NCBI GenBank assembly: GCA_017514125.1 | Contig: JAFWKW010000004.1 | Span: 1-48,619 of the forward strand | Source of the DNA: Candidatus Saccharimonadota bacterium | GTDB taxonomy: Bacteria; Patescibacteriota; Saccharimonadia; Saccharimonadales; Saccharimonadaceae | Reading direction: 5' to 3' | Length of the DNA: 48,619 nt | Shown: in pieces, positions 48,202 through 48,619 of the stretch | Numbering within the stretch: the stretch's first letter is position 1 | Layout: each line of letters begins with the position of its first letter | Made by a program: the position numbers and the translations under genes | Notes under the pieces: model-generated | Told to the model about the DNA's origin: nothing | What the model saw: the letters and a program-made list of their open reading frames with translations, nothing else | Databases searched by the model: none

Positions 48202-48619
48202 CACGTAGATCCCGCCGAAGCGGCGGCCGTAGCCGTTGGTATGTAGGTTACTACCATTGTAATTCAGGTAGTACCGCCTCGCACCATCATACGCCGTACT
48301 GCCCCACCAGTGCCCGTGCGTAGACTCATCGTACAGCGTACCATAGCCGTAACGCCCGCCCAGGACTGGGGAAAAACTAGAAACGTAAGTGATAGTTCCA
48401 GGGTATTCTCCACCGCTCAGACTATTAATCTGATCTTTACTTGGCAATGTCCAGCCTTTGGGGCAGATGGATTGGGTGGCGGTGGTGGTGTTATTGGTGC
48501 CGGTGATGGTACCAGCAGAGGCTAGAGCGTAGTTGTACCATACGGTATTAGTGTCAATGTTGGCAATCGTACCGCTGTGGATACACGGAGTAGTATACCC
48601 GCTACCAGAACCCGTACCA
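48181..48619 (-). CDS. 3' end of a FISUMP-domain protein gene entering from the right edge (putative expression locus)
   Basis: Frame open to the edge: GTGSGSGYTTPCIHSGTIANIDTNTVWYNYALASAGTITGTNNTTTATQSICPKGWTLPSKDQ...GHWWGST...YVRCIQAS*. Confidence 0.75.
   Translation of the reverse strand, partial: GTGSGSGYTTPCIHSGTIANIDTNTVWYNYALASAGTITGTNNTTTATQSICPKGWTLPSKDQINSLSGGEYPGTITYVSSFSPVLGGRYGYGTLYDESTHGHWWGSTAYDGARRYYLNYNGSNLHTNGYGRRFGGIYVRCIQAS

Noticed and set aside
45180-48470. Complete classical DGR within the window
   Set aside because: No RT, Avd or adenine-rich template repeat was seen, and the copies differ by indels and many C/T changes. Kept only as a possible trans-acting or ancestral contribution.
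45134-48525. Small ORFs starting MYPSLDTLVDIKRLDF/MDIKRLDF and the listed starts of cassette ORFs (46028, 45897, 46293, 47188, 48447)
   Set aside because: They are antisense or off-frame readings of the repeated arm and cassettes; the starts lack RBS or promoter context and fall in neighbouring modules.
1-48619. Alternative genetic code (UGA=Gly, as in Gracilibacteria/Absconditabacteria)
   Set aside because: Conserved genes are full length under code 11 and several end at TGA at the expected position (gatB, gatC, gap).

Overview
Core chromosomal segment of a small-genome bacterium (genetic code 11). Gene content and protein style point to Patescibacteria, probably Saccharibacteria/TM7 (inference). 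Most of the window is housekeeping: tuf (partial), fusA, gatCAB, murJ, class A PBP, a split phosphoketolase, uvrB/uvrC, lysS, greA, proS, rseP-uppS-frr, tsf-rpsB, rpmE2, tRNA-Leu(GAG), secG, eno, a gap-rpiB-rpe-pfkB-LOG cluster and rpsL-rpsG. The standout is a candidate cassette-based surface-protein diversification system. Two loci (26.6-27.5 kb and 45.1-47.2 kb) hold seven start-less, in-frame variants of FISUMP (Fib_succ_major-like) domain segments plus one emptied slot. Each variant is bounded by near-identical DNA arms, including a 61-bp block spanning the stop codon and 3' UTR, and they lie in both orientations. A copy with a longer domain runs off the right edge (48181->48619) and looks like the expression locus; it is a mosaic of the cassettes. 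One variable codon is NNC in all eight copies, hinting at DGR-like input. Other signals: an ~80-bp palindromic element inserted in frame in gatA, an orphan MazF/PemK gene with a convergent ~50-nt sRNA unit, pervasive leaderless promoters, a GH13 protein lacking its catalytic nucleophile, and a str operon split by ~41 kb. All calls come from reading motifs by eye; no database searches were run.
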